In this document: positions 58,287 through 64,000 of the stretch, piece after piece
Position numbering within the stretch: position 1 is the stretch's first letter
Layout: each line of letters begins with the position of its first letter
Assembly (NCBI GenBank): GCA_012295275.1
Contig: CM022675.1
Location: 13,330,001 to 13,394,000, forward strand
Reading direction: 5' to 3'
Source of the DNA: Chrysomallon squamiferum
Taxonomy: Eukaryota; Animalia; Mollusca
DNA: 64,000 bases
Notes under the pieces: generated by a model
Database searches by the model: none
What the model was told of the DNA's origin: nothing
What the model saw: the letters and a program-made list of their open reading frames with translations, nothing else
Made by a program: the position numbers and the translations under genes

Positions 58287-59684
58287 ATTATTATTATTAT
58301 TAACTTTTTTCCCGGACAGTTACACAGTCAATTAATTTGGAATAGTAGAAATTTAGTTCATTTCACGTTCCAACACAAGCGTCAACAAATGAGGGAAGGA
58401 TATGTTAAACGATATCACAAATATTTGACTGTCAGCGGTATCCATGAAGCAAGTCTGCATAGTGACGTACTAACTCGCCTGAGATCTGAAGAGATGTAGG
58501 ATCAAGACTGGACACTTTCAGAAGCTGGGTGTAACTGAAAAAAAAAGAGAAAAAAAGTTGATTTTTGCTTTGCAAAGGTGGCATAGATAGGAAGGAATAA
58601 AAAAAAAAAAAAAATAATGAAGAATGAAAGAGAAAATTAAAATTACAAAATAACCAGAAAAAATAAACAAACATCAAGAAATAACAAATATAAGAAACAA
58701 AACAAACAACAACAATAATAAGTAAATAAAATAAAATAAATAAATAACAACACAGATATAATTAATGATGATGATGATTGTAAATTCAGTAAATAAAAAA
58801 TAAATAAAATAAATAACACAGGTATAATTAATGATGATGATGGATGTAAATTCAGTAAATTAAAAATAAATAACTGACCCCTAAATAAAACAAAAAAACC
58901 ACATGACTACAACAAACAGCAGGATTTAAACCATCACTACAAAAGTAAAGGATACTTCCAAATGTACTCTAAAACACACACAGCAAAATGAAACTCGTAC
59001 TTCACTACTGACAGCGGTAAACACAACCATGCGGTCATACGCTTTTCCTATTTCGCAACTAGACCGGAAAGACTATTTCTAACATTTTCTAGAGCATAGT
59101 TCATGCAACATACTAACAAAAAAAAAAAAAAAAAAAAAAAAAATTGAAAAAACCCCAAAAACAAATCCCAACCATAAATAATCCTATTTTGTGTTCGGGG
59201 TGTCGCCATTTTTATTCATGCAAAACGTGAGAACAAAAAAAAAAAAAAAAAAAAAAAATACACCCTATCTTGGTTCCCCACTACTGAACATTATGAATAT
59301 CTCGCGATGTAGAAAAAAAAAAAAAAAAAAAAATCGACACAGGCCTCTTTTTAAAAAAGGAAAAAGAAAATAATCTTATCTCTTTCCATCCGTAGTAATA
59401 CAGCAGTTTTAACCTGGATTTAACTCGGTGCTCTGCAGATCTGTGTTGTACTGAAAGACTGGCACTCTGTAAATAGGAATACCTGGAGGACTGGCTGAAT
59501 CTGATTTAATAGGTATTTAACTGATTTTCTGATAGCATAATTTACGTATATAAAATAAGATAACAGTAATACTGAAAATGTTGTAAAAAAATATGTAAGT
59601 TACTGAAAAAGACTGTAGGTACAAATGAACTTTGCCTGTTTGACACAAAATAAGTTGAATTAAAGACAAAACAGTTAAGTATAT

Positions 59685-60392
59685 AACAGAGGTTAATAAG
59701 GATTAAGGATATAAAGATGATAAATAATAAGCATTAAGGATATAACGATTAAAAATAATACGGGTTAAGGATATAAAGAGTATAGATGATAAAGGTTAAG
59801 GATATAAAGAATATAAATATTAAGGATTCAGGATATAACGATTAAAAATAATAAGGATTAAGGATATAAAGATTATAGATAATAAGGGTTAAGGATATAA
59901 AATTATAAATAATACGGGTTAAGGATATAACGATTACAGATAATAAATGTTAAAGATATAACGATTATAGATAATAAGTAAAGGATATAACGATTATAGA
60001 TAATAAGAGTAAGGATATAACGAGTATAGATAATAAGGGTTAAGGATATAACGAGTATAGATAATAAGGGTTAAGGATATAACGATTACAGATAATAAGT
60101 GTTAAGGATATAACGATTATAGATAATAAGGGTTAACTATATAACGAGTATAGATAATAAGGGTTAACTATATAAAAAGCATAGATAATAAGGATAAGGA
60201 TATAAAGATTATAGATAATAAGGGTTAAGGATATAACGATTATAGATAATAAGGTTTAAGGATATAAGAATTAAGGATATAAAGGTTAAAGATAATAAGG
60301 TTTAAGACTATAAAGGTTATAGATAATAAGGGTAAGGATATAAACATAGATAATACGGGTTTGGGATATAACGATTACAGATAATAAGGGTT
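59685..60392. repeat. ~31-bp minisatellite, >20 copies, intergenic
   Basis: Unit gataataagggttaaggatataacgattata with variants. Confidence 0.92.
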
Positions 60393-60474
60393 CTAAACCT
60401 TACATTGTTTAAATATATAGGTAAACGGATAAAAGATATTAAGGTTAGAATGGGAAATAGTATGTTCATCATAT

Positions 60475-60720
60475 AAAGTAAACATATATATTTGTACTAA
60501 GAAGTAAACAATTTATATTTGTATACAAAAAGTAAACAATGGTATTTGTATACAAAAAGTAAACAATGGTATTTGTAATACAAATTAAACAAAGATTTTT
60601 TTAGTACAAAATAAACAATTGTACTGGCAATACAAAGTAAACAATGATATCTGTTATATAAAGTAATCCGTGTATATTTATGATAAAATATAATTAAGGA
60701 TATTTATAAAACAAATTAAG
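60475..60720. repeat. Degenerate ~29-bp tandem repeat
   Basis: Recurring tacaaaaagtaaacaatggtatttgta. Confidence 0.7.
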
Positions 60721-61103
60721 ATTTTAGAGACAGATATACAATGTACAAGAGATTTTTAATTTAAAAAAAAACAATTTTCTTCTAAATTTACAACGAAGAT
60801 AGACATCAAGTAAATATATCTGTGGTAGTAATAACTAAGGATATTCAGGTACAACAAGTGAATGAAGCATTTAAACAAAAATAACACTTAGAATTCAGAC
60901 AGGTAATCTGTTTACGTATATCACTGTTTATTGGTTGATGTGTGACAGGTTTGAGGATCAGTCTTCCTTACACGACTAGATGTTTTTTTTTCTCGTTCCC
61001 GACAAAGCTCTCACCTGTTTTTGTAAAAGAGTGACGTGCGTGTTGAAGTGTTTTTCAAAGATAAGTGTAAAATATAACCTGCTTTTCGTTCATAGGAATG
61101 ATC

Positions 61104-61144
<41 letters not shown>

Positions 61145-61728
61145 ATATATATATATAAGTAAATAGATAGACACAGAGACATACACATAAAAAAATAGAG
61201 ATTGATAGATAAAACAAAGCAAAATAATAAAATAAAATAAAATAAAATATATTTAAAATACATTATTCCTTACTTTCTCAGGTTTACAAGACATATTTTA
61301 TGCTTTTTTAAAATTTTATTTTATTTTATATATTTTTTTTTTTTTTTTTTTTTTTATTAACGTTATTTTACTTTATTACATAATTATACCAGGGGAAAAA
61401 ATATAATAACAGTTATAACAATGATAATAATAACAATAAAACTAAAAAAAAAACATCAGAACGTTTCACCAACTCCGTCCCAACTTACAAAGCATAACAG
61501 AAGCACAAAAGAGGCGTTGAAATATTTACACGTTTAAAAGAGAGACGCCCAAAATACAGGTCGTTCCACTGCTGCACAAAACATTCTGGACCCAGCAAGC
61601 TTCACAAACGTCATCTATTCAGTTTACTGCTGGTATTCTTTTTTTTGTGTTCCCTCACCCGTAAACATATTTTCTATCGCTATGGGGTGGGGCAGGGTTA
61701 GAGAGCATGACGAAAAATGAAAATTTTG

Positions 61729-61819
<91 letters not shown>

Positions 61820-61918
61820 TTTCACATAACAAAAAAACAACAACAACATAATCATCATCATCATCATCATCATCTTTATTAGTTTTATTTTGTTTATTTT
61901 ATTTTTGCAGGTAAAGAA

Positions 61919-63739
<1,821 letters not shown>

Positions 63740-64000
63740 GTGAGTTTCCGCAGTACATTGTTATTCCTGGGCTTTTCACTTGTGTGTATATATATATATA
63801 TATGTGTGTGTGTGTATATGTGCGTGCGTAACTGTGTGTGTGTGTTTGTGTTTGTATATACGTATGTTTACGTGCGTATGTGTACATGTCTGTCTGAGTG
63901 TGTGTGTGTGTGTGTGTATAGGTGTTTGCCAGTGTCTATGAATGCGAATCTGTATAAATGCATGTGTATGTAGGTAGGTAAGTTATATGTGTGTTTATGT

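Noticed and set aside
59685-60392. Telomere-like TTAAGG/TAAGGG words
   Set aside because: They are embedded in a 31-bp unit and do not form a (TTAGGG)n array; treated as an ordinary minisatellite.
61633-61641. GTATTCTTT as a third U12 donor, in the EGF-ZP 5' UTR
   Set aside because: Mismatch at the conserved +5 C, no U12 branch motif before 61910, and an ordinary pyrimidine tract is present.

Overview
Eukaryotic, very AT-rich, microsatellite-dense animal DNA with spliced genes. It is probably molluscan, inferred from an EGF+ZP shell-matrix-type gene; the species cannot be fixed from the sequence. Almost all ORFs in the supplied track are microsatellite artefacts. Manual exon assembly gives five genes: (1) a probable signal-peptide exon of an unknown minus-strand gene running off the left edge; (2) a complete 17-exon SPAG16/PF20 gene (+, ~609 aa); (3) a complete 6-coding-exon CDK4/6 gene (-, ~347 aa), convergent with SPAG16; (4) a 19-coding-exon Cullin-1 gene (+, ~772 aa), head-to-head with CDK4/6; (5) the 5' part of a secreted EGF-EGF-ZP protein gene (+) running off the right edge. 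The most unusual pattern is a recurrent set of tandem arrays anchored on splice junctions, which copy exon ends together with their donor or acceptor sites, from near-perfect to 'fossil' copies. Other notable items are two U12-type minor introns, a CUL1 exon whose centre has stop codons and carries a 17-mer from the adjacent intron, a CDK4/6 uORF whose stop overlaps the main start (TGATG), perfect palindromes and a piggyBac-like MITE. No tRNA, rRNA or CRISPR array was seen.
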